The position numbers were made by a program, and so were the translations under genes. Source: an uncultured delta proteobacterium (GTDB lineage Bacteria; Desulfobacterota; RBG-13-43-22). From it: 64,000 nucleotides of DNA. Below the pieces are notes generated by a model that searched no databases, had not been told where the DNA came from, and saw only the letters and a program-made list of their open reading frames with translations. The stretch's first letter is position 1; every line of letters starts with the position of its first letter. This document shows, piece after piece, positions 1 through 10,224 of this stretch. The DNA is taken from positions 64,001 to 128,000 of the forward strand of contig CAVUPH010000020.1 of assembly GCA_963743305.1 (NCBI GenBank), in the 5' to 3' direction.

Positions 1-30
1 TCGCCGTGCCTGCCGCGTGGTTCACTCCGA

Positions 31-1041
31 TTAGAAGCCCTGTTTGGCCATAAAATCGGCCAGGTCCGCTACCCGGCAGGAATAGCCCCACTCGTTGTCA
101 TACCAGGCGACCACTTTGACCATAGTCCCCAGAAGCACCTGGGTAAACTCCAGATCGACAATGGAAGAATGGTCATTCCCTTTGAAATCCATGGAAACCA
201 GCCGCTCTTCTTCGCAGGCCATGATGCCCTTCAGACGACCCCCGGCGGCTTTCTTCAAGACCTCCCGTAATTCCTCGGTTGTGGTGGCTTTCTGCAATTG
301 GATGGTCAAATCCACCACCGAAACCGTCGGCGTGGGGACCCGGAGGGAATAGCCGTCAAACCGGCCGGCCAGCTCGGGTATGACCAGGGCCAAGGCCCGG
401 GCGGCCCCGGTGGTGGTGGGGATGATATTTTGGCCCGCGGCCCGGGCTCGGCGCAGGTCCTTGTGGGGGAGGTCCAGGATGCGCTGGTCGTTGGTATAAG
501 AGTGGACGGTAACCATCATGCCCCGTTCAATCCCGAAAGCCTGATGGATGACCAGGGTGGGCGGGGCCAGACAATTGGTGGTGCAGGAGGCGTTGGAAAC
601 GATCTGATGGGTTTTAGGCTGGTATTGATCCTGGTTTACCCCCATCACCACGGTCAGGTCGATTTCCTTGGCCGGGGCGGAAATGATCACCTTTTTGGCC
701 CCGGCCTCCAGGTGGGCCTGGGCCTTGGTACCGGTGGTAAACAGGCCGGTACTCTCGACCACCAGTTCCACGCCGATATCGTCCCAGGGAATGGTGGAGG
801 GGTCCTTGCAGGCGTAACTGATCACCGGCTGCCCGTTGATCAGAAAGCGATCTTTTTCGACAACCACTTTCCCATCGAAGCGGCCGTAATTGGTGTCGTA
901 TTTAAAGAGATGGGCGTTGGTCTCCGTGTCAAACAGATCGTTAATAGCCACCACCTGGAGGGTTTGGGGATACCGCTCCATGACGGCTTTCAATACCTGG
1001 CGTCCGATCCGGCCGAAGCCGTTAATCCCGATGCGAATCAT
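31..1041 (-). CDS. gap: Type I glyceraldehyde-3-phosphate dehydrogenase
   Basis: [10 protein letters not shown] Rossmann motif, ASCTTNCL catalytic motif, [10 protein letters not shown]-terminal motif. Confidence 0.98.
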   Translation of the reverse strand: MIRIGINGFGRIGRQVLKAVMERYPQTLQVVAINDLFDTETNAHLFKYDTNYGRFDGKVVVEKDRFLINGQPVISYACKDPSTIPWDDIGVELVVESTGLFTTGTKAQAHLEAGAKKVIISAPAKEIDLTVVMGVNQDQYQPKTHQIVSNASCTTNCLAPPTLVIHQAFGIERGMMVTVHSYTNDQRILDLPHKDLRRARAAGQNIIPTTTGAARALALVIPELAGRFDGYSLRVPTPTVSVVDLTIQLQKATTTEELREVLKKAAGGRLKGIMACEEERLVSMDFKGNDHSSIVDLEFTQVLLGTMVKVVAWYDNEWGYSCRVADLADFMAKQGF

Positions 1042-1054
1042 GTGAGCCTCCTTA

Positions 1055-1618
1055 TTAATTGTCGTCCAGCCGAAACTTGTATTCGCTTAGTAGGGCGCAT
1101 TCCGTTTTCAAATGCTGGTGCAAACGGGCGTTTTCAATGGCCAGCGCGCTGAGGTTGGCCACGGCTTCCAAAAACTGAATTTCCTGGCCACTGAATTCCC
1201 TGGTTTTTTCCGTGTAGACCCTTAGGACGCCGATCACCTTTTTCCCGACCCCCAGGGGAACCACCAGAACGGATTTAATCCCTTCCTCCTTGGCCCGCTG
1301 CCCGTACTGAAAATTTTTATCCGATTGGGCATCTGCAATCCAAATGGTTTCCCCTTTGAGGGCCTTGCGGTCCAGTCCGCTTTTTTCCACAAGTACCGGT
1401 CCTTTGCGCACGTAACCGGTGGTCAGTCCGTAGGCGGCGGCCATGATCAGCCGTTTACGCTTGGGGTCAAGCAGTCGCAGGGAGCTGGCTTTCACGTTCA
1501 TAGATTCGGTAACCTGCCGAACGACTTTGTCCAGCACCTCGGGGAGTTCGAGGGAGGCGTTGATCACTTTCGCCACATCGTACAAGGCCGTAAAATAGTC
1601 CATCTTTTTTGTAGCCAT
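1055..1618 (-). CDS. Stand-alone GAF domain protein
   Basis: GAF-like pattern (SLELPEVLD...KSVLVVPL...VIGVLRVY...[24 protein letters not shown]); GGAG RBS; 13 bp upstream of gap. Confidence 0.85.
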   Translation of the reverse strand: MATKKMDYFTALYDVAKVINASLELPEVLDKVVRQVTESMNVKASSLRLLDPKRKRLIMAAAYGLTTGYVRKGPVLVEKSGLDRKALKGETIWIADAQSDKNFQYGQRAKEEGIKSVLVVPLGVGKKVIGVLRVYTEKTREFSGQEIQFLEAVANLSALAIENARLHQHLKTECALLSEYKFRLDDN

Positions 1619-1808
1619 GGTTTCGCTCCTTCTCCGGATTTTGGTTAACCGGGATTTTCCTCTTTTTTTTAAAAAAGATCAAGGAAATGGTGAAGTTAAT
1701 TAATCGGAAAGGGGCCAGGACGGCAAATTTAGGGCCACAGTTTTTCCAGGAGTACGATATTCTCCCATTCTTAACCAACAAGAATTGAGAATCGCGTTAA
1801 AAACTGCT

Positions 1809-1841
1809 AAAAAAAGGGCTTAGAATTTCTTCTAAGCCCTT
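1809..1841 (-). terminator. Rho-independent terminator after the tRNA pair
   Basis: On the minus strand AGGGCTTAGAA/TTCTAAGCCCT hairpin followed by a T-tract. Confidence 0.8.
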
Positions 1842-1849
1842 GGATATTC

Positions 1850-1926
<77 letters not shown>

Positions 1927-1937
1927 GCAACTCATGA

Positions 1938-2012
1938 TGGTAGGCGGAACAGGATTTGAACCTGTGACCCTCGGCTTGTAAGGCCGATGCTCTCCCGCTG
2001 AGCTACCCGCCC
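1938..2012 (-). tRNA. tRNA-Val(TAC)
   Basis: Acceptor GGGCGGG/TCCGCCT, anticodon arm TCGGC-CT-TAC-AA-GCCGA, GTTCAAATC T-loop, encoded CCA. Confidence 0.96.
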
Positions 2013-2024
2013 GGTAAAGCACAT

Positions 2025-2054
2025 ATAATACAAATTTCTGGTGTATTTTGTCAA
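2025..2054 (-). promoter_or_regulatory. Sigma70-type promoter for the tRNA-Val/Asp pair
   Basis: Minus strand TTGACA-18 nt-TATTAT ending 12 nt upstream of tRNA-Val. Confidence 0.65.
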
Positions 2055-2321
2055 GATTATTTTATAGTGGGGGTAGGTGGGGCACTGGAAGAAGAAGGAA
2101 GAAGGAAGATGGAAGCGGGGAAGCGTTGGGGTGATAAACTTAGACCTTTTGAAAGACCGGGATGGGGCAGCCGCGAAGCATGAACATAATTGACCTGGCG
2201 AGGACTTTAGTAAGGGTGGGTTCAATCCTACTCTTGTGAAGACAAATTATTAATAATCAATATTTAATTATTAACCGGTGAGTTTCTTTTTTGGTACCCT
2301 CCATCAGGGAAAGGAAGGGGT

Positions 2322-3498
2322 ATGAACAGCCAAAAGGCGTTTTTAACAGGTAAGGGCGAACGATGGGTCCGCAGCGGGCACCCTTGGGTGTTCCGGGACG
2401 ATATCGCCCGATTCGAGGAACCCGAGAATGGGGCCGTCACCCCATTTTTCACTCTACGGGGCGAGTTTCTGGGGTGGGGGTTTTTCAGCGCTCATTCCCG
2501 GATCGCCCTGCGAAGAATTTCTTCCCGGGAAATACCGATAGATGATGCCAGGTGGCGGCTGATTATCGAGAAAGCCCTGGCCCCTCGAAGAAACTGCCTG
2601 GACCAGGCCGATCAGGCCTGTCGTCTGGTTTTTGCCGAGGCCGACGGATTTCCCGGGTTGATCGCCGACTGGTATGCCGGCTATGTAGTCCTGCAAACCC
2701 TGATCCCCGGGACCGAACGTCTTCTGCCACTGCTGATCGGCCTTTTTCAGGATCTTCTTCACCCCCGATCCATTCTTCTGCGCAACGACCTGGAGGCCCG
2801 GACCATCGAAAAATTGCCCCGGGAGGTCAAGGTGCTGGCCGGTGAAATCCCGGAGCGGGTGATCATCCGTGAAGGGGAGATCCACTACCGGGTTGATTTG
2901 CTTGGCGGGCAGAAGACCGGGGCCTATCTTGACCAGCAGGAAAACCGAAAGCGGCTGGTTACCTTGACCCGGCCGGGAGGAAGGGTCCTGGATTGTTTCT
3001 CTTATACCGGGGTCTTCGCTCTTCACCAGGCCCTAAAGGCCGACGAGATTATCGCCGTGGACGACTCGGCCCGGGCCGTTGAAGAGGGAAGGGAAAATGC
3101 CCGGTTGAACGGCTTCGATCGGATTCGTTTCATAAAAGGCAATATTTTTGATTTTTTGAAGGAGGCGGAAAAACAGGCGGATCGGTTTGACCTGATTGTC
3201 CTGGACCCGCCCCCCTTTGCGCGGAAAAAATCGGAGGTGGCCGGCGGGCAGCGGGGTTATCTGGAACTGAACCGGCGGGCCATGGGGTGTCTGATCCGCT
3301 GGCGGCATTTTAGCCACCTATTCCTGTTCCCACAATTTCTCGGAGACGCTGTTTCTGGAGATGATTCGGGAAGCAGCCCGAAAGGCCGGACGCAAAGTGT
3401 TTCTACTGGAGAAGGCCCTCCAGTCTCCGGATCATCCGATTTTGTTGTCTTTTCCGGAAAGTTATTATTTGAAGGGAATGGTACTGCGGGTTGAGTAG
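2322..3498 (+). CDS. RlmI/RlmK-type class I SAM-dependent rRNA methyltransferase (frameshift near 3296)
   Basis: PUA-like GHPWVF, EADGFPGL, GQKTGAYLDQ, VLDCFSYTG, LDPPPFA; expected C-terminus (GGILATYSCSHN...PDHPILLSFPESYYLKG) continues in another frame to TAG at 3496-3498. Confidence 0.85.
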
Positions 3499-3611
3499 AA
3501 AGACGCAGGGCGCGGAGCGCGAAGCGCAGGGCGTTATAAAAACCAAGACGTTCGGCGTTCGGATAGAGATAAATTCTCAGTTTAAACCCGCATGACCCAC
3601 TGAGGCACTCC

Positions 3612-3697
3612 GAAGGATGAAAATCCCCCCCAACCCCCCTTTTTCTTAGGGGGGAGTTAAAGTCCCCCTTTGACAAAGGGGGATTTAGGGGGATTTT
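3612..3697. repeat. Repeat family A (G/C-run twin hairpin), copy 1
   Basis: GAAGGATGAAAATCCCCC..CCCCCTTT..AGGGGGGAG.TAAAGTCCCCCTTTG..AAAGGGGGATTTAGGGGGATT; near-identical copies at ~10045 and ~60987. Confidence 0.9.
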
Positions 3698-3791
3698 GAA
3701 TAAGCAGGAATAACCACCAAACTATTTATTTTCATACTAATATGTGAGCATCTGATATCTGCCCTTCGCCCGCTAAACGCCGAACGTTTCA

Positions 3792-5504
3792 TCAGCCCAT
3801 CTTTATCTTCAGGCTCCTCAGGCGATTGACAGCGGCGGCGGCTTCCAGGAGACGTGGCCTGACCAGGTTCCCGACTTTATAGGGCATCAAGCAGTCCATC
3901 CCCTTTTCCTTCACCTCCTGATAGGCTTTCTCCAGCCCTTCCCTCAGATTGTCGCTCTCTTTTAAATATTTGGACTCGTAGAGGTGGATCAGCCGTCCGA
4001 TGGTCCGGAGCTGGCCGGGTTCCACCAGTTGCTCCAGATAGGAGAGGTCGATGGCCTGGTCGCCGTAAAGGACGGTTTGCATGCCCTTAGCGTCGATTCG
4101 CACCTCCCGGCGCCCCAGGCTGGAATCGAAGGCCTCGGCCTGGGGTTGGCGTGCGGTAATTTCACCAAAGCCGCTCCCGCCTTCCTGCAATCGTCGGACC
4201 GGAAACCTTTGGGCGATCTCCCGGGCCTCCTCGGTTACCAGGGCGGGCCGGTAATTGTTCATCCAAATCACTTGGTCGGCCGCTTCGAAGTAATCCCCGG
4301 AGCCGCCCATGACTAAAACAGTGGAGACTCCATAATCCTGGTACAGCGGGCGCACTTTATCGACAAAAGGCCTAATGGGTTCATGAGCCTTGGGTATCAG
4401 TTCCTGCATCCGTCGATCACGGATCATAAAGTTGGTGGCCGAGGTGTCCTCATCCAAGAGCAGGACCCGGGCGTCCATCTCCAGGGCCTCCATAATATTA
4501 GCGGCCTGGGAGGTGCTGCCGCTGGCGTTTTCCGTGCGAAAACGGGTGGTGTCTTCCAACAGCGGAAGGGATCGAATAAAGGGACTGATATTCACTTTTT
4601 CCACATTCCGCCCGTCCTCGGCCCGAATTTTTACGGCCTGGGGATCGGTCACCACAAATTCCCGACCGTCCCCGGGAATGTGGCTGTAAATACCCAGTTC
4701 CAGTGCCCGCAGCAGGGTCGATTTCCCGTGAAACCCGCCCCCCACGATCAGGGTCACCCCTTCGGGGAGGCCCATGCCGGTCAGAAGGCCCTTGTGGGGG
4801 AGTTGAAAGGTGACGGTTAGATCTTGCGGCGGCCAAAAGGGTACCGCTCCCATGGCCAGGGGCCTGGAGCTGACCCCGCTTTCCCGGGGGAGAATCGCCC
4901 CCTCGGGAATAAAGGCGATCAGTTTTTTCCCTCGGAGCTGGTCTCGTAGCCATTCCTGGTCCTCGTAGGCATCGACGAAGCGTTTGACTTCCAGTATTTT
5001 GTTCGGGATTTGCTGGATCCCATGTTGCACGAGCAGGGGGATTTCCTCAAAAAAAATGGCTACCGCCTCCAGGCCCTGAATGGTCCGTCCCGCCGCCGGC
5101 AAGCCCACGGTCAGACGAAGCTCCAGGGTTTCCCCGTCGATTACCACGGAGGTCCGCTCCAGAATTTCCGGGCCGCCGGCCTCGATCTGCAGCAGTCCGC
5201 TCTTTCCGCCTCCCCCCTGTCTTTTTAATCGGGTGCGAATGGCCTGCTGCACCTGCCGTCCCACATAATCGCCAAAGGCTACCCGACGGACGGGGTTTTC
5301 CCAGAAGTCGGCCATGATCTTCCACTTTTTCAGGGAATAGAGGACCCGGAACCGGGAAGGCGGGGCAAAGGGATCGGCCTGGACCCGGTCAATGTTCAAT
5401 TGATACTGTGAGAAGAGGTATTCCCCCTCAATATCCTGGTAGGCCTTGTAGCCTTTTTCATGGATCCGGAACAGTGTCCGCTTCAAATCATCGGCCGGTT
5501 TCAT
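3792..5504 (-). CDS. ABC-class ATPase domain protein (COG3044-like)
   Basis: Walker A GGGFHGKST, VKIRAEDGR, ASGSTSQAANI, Walker B LLLDEDTSATNFMIRD. Confidence 0.9.
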   Translation of the reverse strand: MKPADDLKRTLFRIHEKGYKAYQDIEGEYLFSQYQLNIDRVQADPFAPPSRFRVLYSLKKWKIMADFWENPVRRVAFGDYVGRQVQQAIRTRLKRQGGGGKSGLLQIEAGGPEILERTSVVIDGETLELRLTVGLPAAGRTIQGLEAVAIFFEEIPLLVQHGIQQIPNKILEVKRFVDAYEDQEWLRDQLRGKKLIAFIPEGAILPRESGVSSRPLAMGAVPFWPPQDLTVTFQLPHKGLLTGMGLPEGVTLIVGGGFHGKSTLLRALELGIYSHIPGDGREFVVTDPQAVKIRAEDGRNVEKVNISPFIRSLPLLEDTTRFRTENASGSTSQAANIMEALEMDARVLLLDEDTSATNFMIRDRRMQELIPKAHEPIRPFVDKVRPLYQDYGVSTVLVMGGSGDYFEAADQVIWMNNYRPALVTEEAREIAQRFPVRRLQEGGSGFGEITARQPQAEAFDSSLGRREVRIDAKGMQTVLYGDQAIDLSYLEQLVEPGQLRTIGRLIHLYESKYLKESDNLREGLEKAYQEVKEKGMDCLMPYKVGNLVRPRLLEAAAAVNRLRSLKIKMG

Positions 5505-5635
5505 TTCAAGCCTCCTCTGGCTGATTGCAGTCGTATTTAATGTACACCAAAACGGCAGGATTGAAAAGGAGGGAAGAGCCGATCCTAAGCAGCCTGTTGG
5601 CGATTTATGATTGACAATAAATTCATCGTTTCATA

Positions 5636-5788
5636 TTGAGAGGAAGAGAGGGCAAATATCTGACCTATGGAATGACCTAAGGGGGGAGGAATTTATCACT
5701 CTGGCCTTTTACACGTTAGTCCGTTCGGCCTTTTCACCGTCTTGGCGTCGAACGGCGTCAATGTTAGACTGCGCTCATCTCTTCTCAA
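5636..5788. ncRNA. Candidate structured non-coding RNA
   Basis: Nested long-range complementarity in a 400-bp intergenic region, with TTGACA at 5611; see findings. Confidence 0.35.
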
Positions 5789-5903
5789 GAACGCCCAACC
5801 ATCCAAAATATCTAAATAAAAAAATGATTCTTGAAAAACAGCGGGTTGTTTGTTATCTATAATGAATCACTTTTCAATTCTGAAATCATAACTCGCAGGC
5901 GTT

Positions 5904-6836
5904 TTGAAAAAAGCCGGTGCCATAGACGTTGGTTCCAACACCTTACGGTTGTTAATCGCCCAAATCGAAGGAAATCGAATTCTCCCGGTCTGCCGTGATC
6001 GCGAAATGGTCCGGTTAGGGCGAAATTTTTTTCCAGGACGGGTCATCGGCCGTCAAGCCCTGGGGTCGGCCCTCCAGGTGTTGGAACGGTTCCAAAGGAC
6101 GGGCGTCCAGGAGGGGGTGGCCCGGTTCCGGGCCGCAGGCACTGGAATCCTGCGGGAATCCTCGAATACCCATCAATTTTTAGAGGCCGTTCGAAAAACC
6201 ACCGGAATAGCGATCCAGGTTCTTTCCGGTGAGGAAGAGGCCCGTTTAAGCGCCCTGGGGGTCCTGTCGGTTTTTCAGGATATCACCGGGCTCACCTGTA
6301 TTTTTGATCTCGGGGGCGGGTCCGTGGAATTCACCTGGGTGCAATCGGGGAAAATAAGGGAAACTCTCAGTCTGCCTCTGGGTGCTGTAGGGTTGACCGA
6401 GCAATTTCTTTTTTCCGATCCTCCGCTGAAACATGAGCTGGACCGCCTTCGCGGGCATTGTCTGCAGACGCTGCGGAAAAGAATAAATATAACTGAATCC
6501 GTTAGTTGCCTGATCGGAACGGCCGGAACGGTGACGACTTTAGCCGCCATGGTCCAGAAGTTGGCGGAGTACGCTCCGTCCCGGATCAATGGTTCTGTGC
6601 TTGATCAAGACACCCTGGATCGGTTATTATTTACGCTGACCTCTATCCCCCTGACCACCCGCCAAGAACTTCCCGGGCTGGAACCGGACCGGGCGGATAT
6701 AATCACAGCCGGCCTGGTGGTCGTGTTGTCGATTTTGGACTTTTTTGATGCCGATTCGCTCCGGGTTAGCGATGCCGGGTTGCTGGAGGGGTTGTTGCTG
6801 GACGAAGCGGCGACCTGTATCGGGCGCCGGCCATAA
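5904..6836 (+). CDS. Ppx/GppA family phosphatase
   Basis: AIDVGSNTLRL, LSGEEEARL, FDLGGGSVEF, GTAGTVTT, RADII, GLLEG motifs. Confidence 0.92.
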   Translation: MKKAGAIDVGSNTLRLLIAQIEGNRILPVCRDREMVRLGRNFFPGRVIGRQALGSALQVLERFQRTGVQEGVARFRAAGTGILRESSNTHQFLEAVRKTTGIAIQVLSGEEEARLSALGVLSVFQDITGLTCIFDLGGGSVEFTWVQSGKIRETLSLPLGAVGLTEQFLFSDPPLKHELDRLRGHCLQTLRKRINITESVSCLIGTAGTVTTLAAMVQKLAEYAPSRINGSVLDQDTLDRLLFTLTSIPLTTRQELPGLEPDRADIITAGLVVVLSILDFFDADSLRVSDAGLLEGLLLDEAATCIGRRP

Positions 6837-6867
6837 GGCAACCGAAGTTAATTGAAAGGAGTAACCC

Positions 6868-8337
6868 ATGGCCAACCAACCGAATGCCATTCCCGACGGA
6901 TTGACTTTTGACGATCTGTTAATCCAGCCGGCTTATGCCCAGATCGTACCCTCGGAGGTCGAGGTGTCCACCCGCCTGACCAAAGGGATTCAACTAAACA
7001 TACCCATCGTCAGCGCCGCCATGGATACGGTGACCGAGTACCAGACGGCCATCAGCATGGCGCGCCAGGGCGGAATCGGGATAATCCACAAGAATATGAC
7101 TATCGCCCTGCAGGCCACCGAGGTGGAAAAAGTCAAGAAATCGGAAAGCGGGATGATCGTGGATCCGGTGACCATCGAACCGGACCGCAAGGTCCATGAC
7201 GTCTTGGCCGTCATGGAAAAATTTGGCATTTCCGGGGTGCCGATCGTTAAAGGTAAAAAATTGGTGGGGATCATTACCAACCGCGACTTGCGTTTCGAGA
7301 CGGACATGAACAAGAGCGTGGAAGAAGTCATGACCAAGGACAATCTGGTGACCGCCAAGGTGGGAATCAACCTGGCGGACTCCAAGGCCCTGCTCCACAA
7401 GAACCGGATCGAGAAATTACTGGTCATCGACGATAAAGGCAACCTTAAGGGTTTGATTACCATCAAAGATATTGAAAAACTTAAAAAGTACCCTTTGTCC
7501 TGCAAGGATAAGCTGGGCCGTCTTCGGGTTGGGGCCGCGGTCGGAGTGTCCCCCGGGGAACTGGATCGGGTCGAGGCGCTGCGCCGGGCGGAGGTGGATG
7601 TGGTCGTGGTGGACGTAGCCCATGGCCATTCGCAGAATGTGGTCGAAGCAGTGAAAAATATCAAAAAGCGCTTTGCGGATTTGCAGGTTATTGCCGGAAA
7701 CGTGGGGACGGCCGAAGGGGCCGAGGCCTTGATCAAAGCCGGAGCCGACGGGGTCAAGGTGGGGATCGGGCCGGGGTCCATCTGTACCACCCGGATCGTG
7801 GCCGGGGTGGGCGTGCCGCAGATTACCGCCATCATGACCTGTGCCGGGGTGGCGAAAAAATACAAAATTCCGGTTATCGCCGACGGCGGCATCAAGTTCT
7901 CCGGAGACGTGACCAAGGCCCTGGCTGCCGGAGCAAACACGGTGATGATCGGCAGCCTTTTTGCCGGGACCGAGGAAAGCCCCGGTGAAACGATTCTGTT
8001 CCAAGGCCGGACGTACAAGGTCTACCGCGGCATGGGTTCCATCGAGGCCATGAAACAGGGCAGCAGCGACCGCTACTACCAGGAGGGATTTGAAAACGAA
8101 TCCAAGCTGGTTCCAGAGGGGATTGTGGGCCGAGTCCCCTACCGCGGCCCTCTATCGGCCATGGTCTACCAACTGGTGGGCGGGCTTAAGTCCGGCATGG
8201 GCTATGCGGGGTGCCGCACCCTGCCGGAATTGAGTGCCAAGGCCCGGTTTGTGCGCATCACCCCGGCCGGGTTGCGCGAGTCCCACGTCCATGACGTGAT
8301 CATCACCAAAGAGGCGCCCAATTACTGGCTGGATTAG
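6868..8337 (+). CDS. guaB: IMP dehydrogenase
   Basis: [16 protein letters not shown] pair, [11 protein letters not shown] catalytic loop, YRGMGS. Confidence 0.98.
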   Translation: MANQPNAIPDGLTFDDLLIQPAYAQIVPSEVEVSTRLTKGIQLNIPIVSAAMDTVTEYQTAISMARQGGIGIIHKNMTIALQATEVEKVKKSESGMIVDPVTIEPDRKVHDVLAVMEKFGISGVPIVKGKKLVGIITNRDLRFETDMNKSVEEVMTKDNLVTAKVGINLADSKALLHKNRIEKLLVIDDKGNLKGLITIKDIEKLKKYPLSCKDKLGRLRVGAAVGVSPGELDRVEALRRAEVDVVVVDVAHGHSQNVVEAVKNIKKRFADLQVIAGNVGTAEGAEALIKAGADGVKVGIGPGSICTTRIVAGVGVPQITAIMTCAGVAKKYKIPVIADGGIKFSGDVTKALAAGANTVMIGSLFAGTEESPGETILFQGRTYKVYRGMGSIEAMKQGSSDRYYQEGFENESKLVPEGIVGRVPYRGPLSAMVYQLVGGLKSGMGYAGCRTLPELSAKARFVRITPAGLRESHVHDVIITKEAPNYWLD

Positions 8338-8435
8338 AGGGCGCGTAGCGCTGAGCGCAGAGCGCCTGGCGAAAGAAGACTGAACCCATTCAGCGCCCAG
8401 CATAAATTCTGAACCCTGAAAGAGGGAAAAACCCC

Positions 8436-9992
8436 ATGGACCTGCACAGTCAAAAAGTTCTTATCTTGGATTTCGGGGGCCAGACCAGCCAGTTGATCGC
8501 CAGACGGGTGCGGGAGGCCAAGGTTTACTGCGAGCTTCATCCCTTTAACTGGTCCTGGTCCAAAATTAAAGCCTTCGACCCTCAGGGGATCATCCTTTCC
8601 GGGAGTCCCGCCAGCGTCTATGACGCCAAAGCCCCCTTCCCGGACCCCAAAATTTTTGAATTGGGCGTTCCCGTGTTAGGCATCTGCTATGGTTTGCAGT
8701 TGCTGACCCACCAACTGGGCGGTCGGGTGGAACATTCCTCCAAACGGGAATACGGCCGGGTGGAGATGACCATTAGGGATTTTGAAGGGCTATTCCAGGG
8801 TCTGGACCGGGGCGGCCGAAAAGGCCAGACCGTCTGGATGAGCCACGGCGACCGGATCGAGAAGATGCCCCCGGGCTTCAGAGCCATTGCCGGCAGCGGC
8901 AATGCCCCGGTGGCGGCCATGAGGAATCGGTCCCGGACGATTTGGGGCGTTCAGTTCCATCCGGAAGTGGTCCATACCCCTAACGGCTATAAGATAATTA
9001 GAAATTTCCTGTTTAAGATTTGCCGGCTAAAACCGCTTTGGACCACTCGTTCTTTTATCAAACAGGCGGTGGCCGATATTCGGGAACAGGTGGGAACGGG
9101 AAAGGTGATCTGCGGCCTCTCCGGCGGGGTGGATTCATCGGTAGTGGCGGTCCTGCTCCACCAGGCCATTGGTGACCAGTTAACCTGTATCTTCGTCAAT
9201 AACGGACTGCTGCGGAGCGGGGAGGCGGAAAAAGTGGTTCAGGTGTTCCGCGGCCATTACCGTATCCCCTTAGTCCATGTAGACGCCGGGGCCGACTTTT
9301 TGAGAAAATTGAAGAAGGTAACCGATCCGGAAAAGAAACGCCGGATCATCGGCCACGAATTCATCCGGATCTTCGAACAGGAAGCCAAGAAGATCGGGCC
9401 GGTCCGTTTTTTAGCCCAGGGGACCTTGTACCCGGATGTCATCGAGTCCGTGTCCTTCCGGGGCCCTTCCGCCACCATCAAGACCCATCACAATGTGGGC
9501 GGCCTGCCGGCTCGGATGAAACTGAGTCTCATCGAACCGCTGCGGGAGTTGTTCAAGGATGAAGGCCGGCAGGTGGGGCGAAGCTTGGGCCTGCCGGAAG
9601 AGATGATCATCCGCCAGCCCTTTCCGGGGCCTGGCCTGGCCATCCGGATCGTGGGCGAAGTGACCGAAGACCGGCTGGCCGTCCTCCGCCGGGCCGATAC
9701 CATCGTTTGGGAAGAGATGCGGCGGGCCGGCCTCTACAACCGGGTTTGGCAATCTTTCGCCGTCCTGCTGCCCGTTAAAACCGTGGGGGTTATGGGGGAT
9801 GAACGGACCTACGAGCATGTGATCGCCTTGCGAATCGTGGACAGCCAGGATGCCATGACCGCCGACTGGTCCCGCGTTCCTTATACCCTGCTGGGGCTTA
9901 TCTCCAACCGCATCATTAACGAGGTCAAAGGCGTCAACCGGGTCGTTTATGATATTTCCTCTAAACCGCCGAGCACCATCGAATGGGAATAA
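8436..9992 (+). CDS. guaA: GMP synthase (glutamine-hydrolysing)
   Basis: [38 protein letters not shown]. Confidence 0.98.
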   Translation: MDLHSQKVLILDFGGQTSQLIARRVREAKVYCELHPFNWSWSKIKAFDPQGIILSGSPASVYDAKAPFPDPKIFELGVPVLGICYGLQLLTHQLGGRVEHSSKREYGRVEMTIRDFEGLFQGLDRGGRKGQTVWMSHGDRIEKMPPGFRAIAGSGNAPVAAMRNRSRTIWGVQFHPEVVHTPNGYKIIRNFLFKICRLKPLWTTRSFIKQAVADIREQVGTGKVICGLSGGVDSSVVAVLLHQAIGDQLTCIFVNNGLLRSGEAEKVVQVFRGHYRIPLVHVDAGADFLRKLKKVTDPEKKRRIIGHEFIRIFEQEAKKIGPVRFLAQGTLYPDVIESVSFRGPSATIKTHHNVGGLPARMKLSLIEPLRELFKDEGRQVGRSLGLPEEMIIRQPFPGPGLAIRIVGEVTEDRLAVLRRADTIVWEEMRRAGLYNRVWQSFAVLLPVKTVGVMGDERTYEHVIALRIVDSQDAMTADWSRVPYTLLGLISNRIINEVKGVNRVVYDISSKPPSTIEWE

Positions 9993-10044
9993 CCTTTCGG
10001 ACGCTGGGTTTAAAACAAAGCGCAGGCCGGGGGCGGATACCCGC

Positions 10045-10128
10045 GAAGGATGAAAATCCCCTCCAACCCCCCTTTATCAAAGGGGGGAGTTAAAGTCCCC
10101 CTTTGCAAAGGGGGATTTAGGGGGATTT
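10045..10128. repeat. Repeat family A, copy 2
   Basis: Same twin-hairpin sequence as 3612-3697. Confidence 0.9.
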
Positions 10129-10224
10129 AAACTCCGGCCAGGCATTGGGAATGTCCGCTATTTTTGCCTTCAACCTCTAACACGCAACGTTTCTAATTTT
10201 CAAAATAAGAGTAGCCCAACGACC

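Noticed and set aside
5636-5788. Retron msr-msd or attC interpretation of the paired element
   Set aside because: No reverse transcriptase or cassette ORF is adjacent; kept only as a generic ncRNA candidate.
6990-8018. Long antisense/overlapping ORFs (e.g. 6990-8018, 58498-59457, 36984-37886, 298-1152)
   Set aside because: These are shadow frames of well-supported genes in GC-rich coding DNA, with no recognisable motifs.
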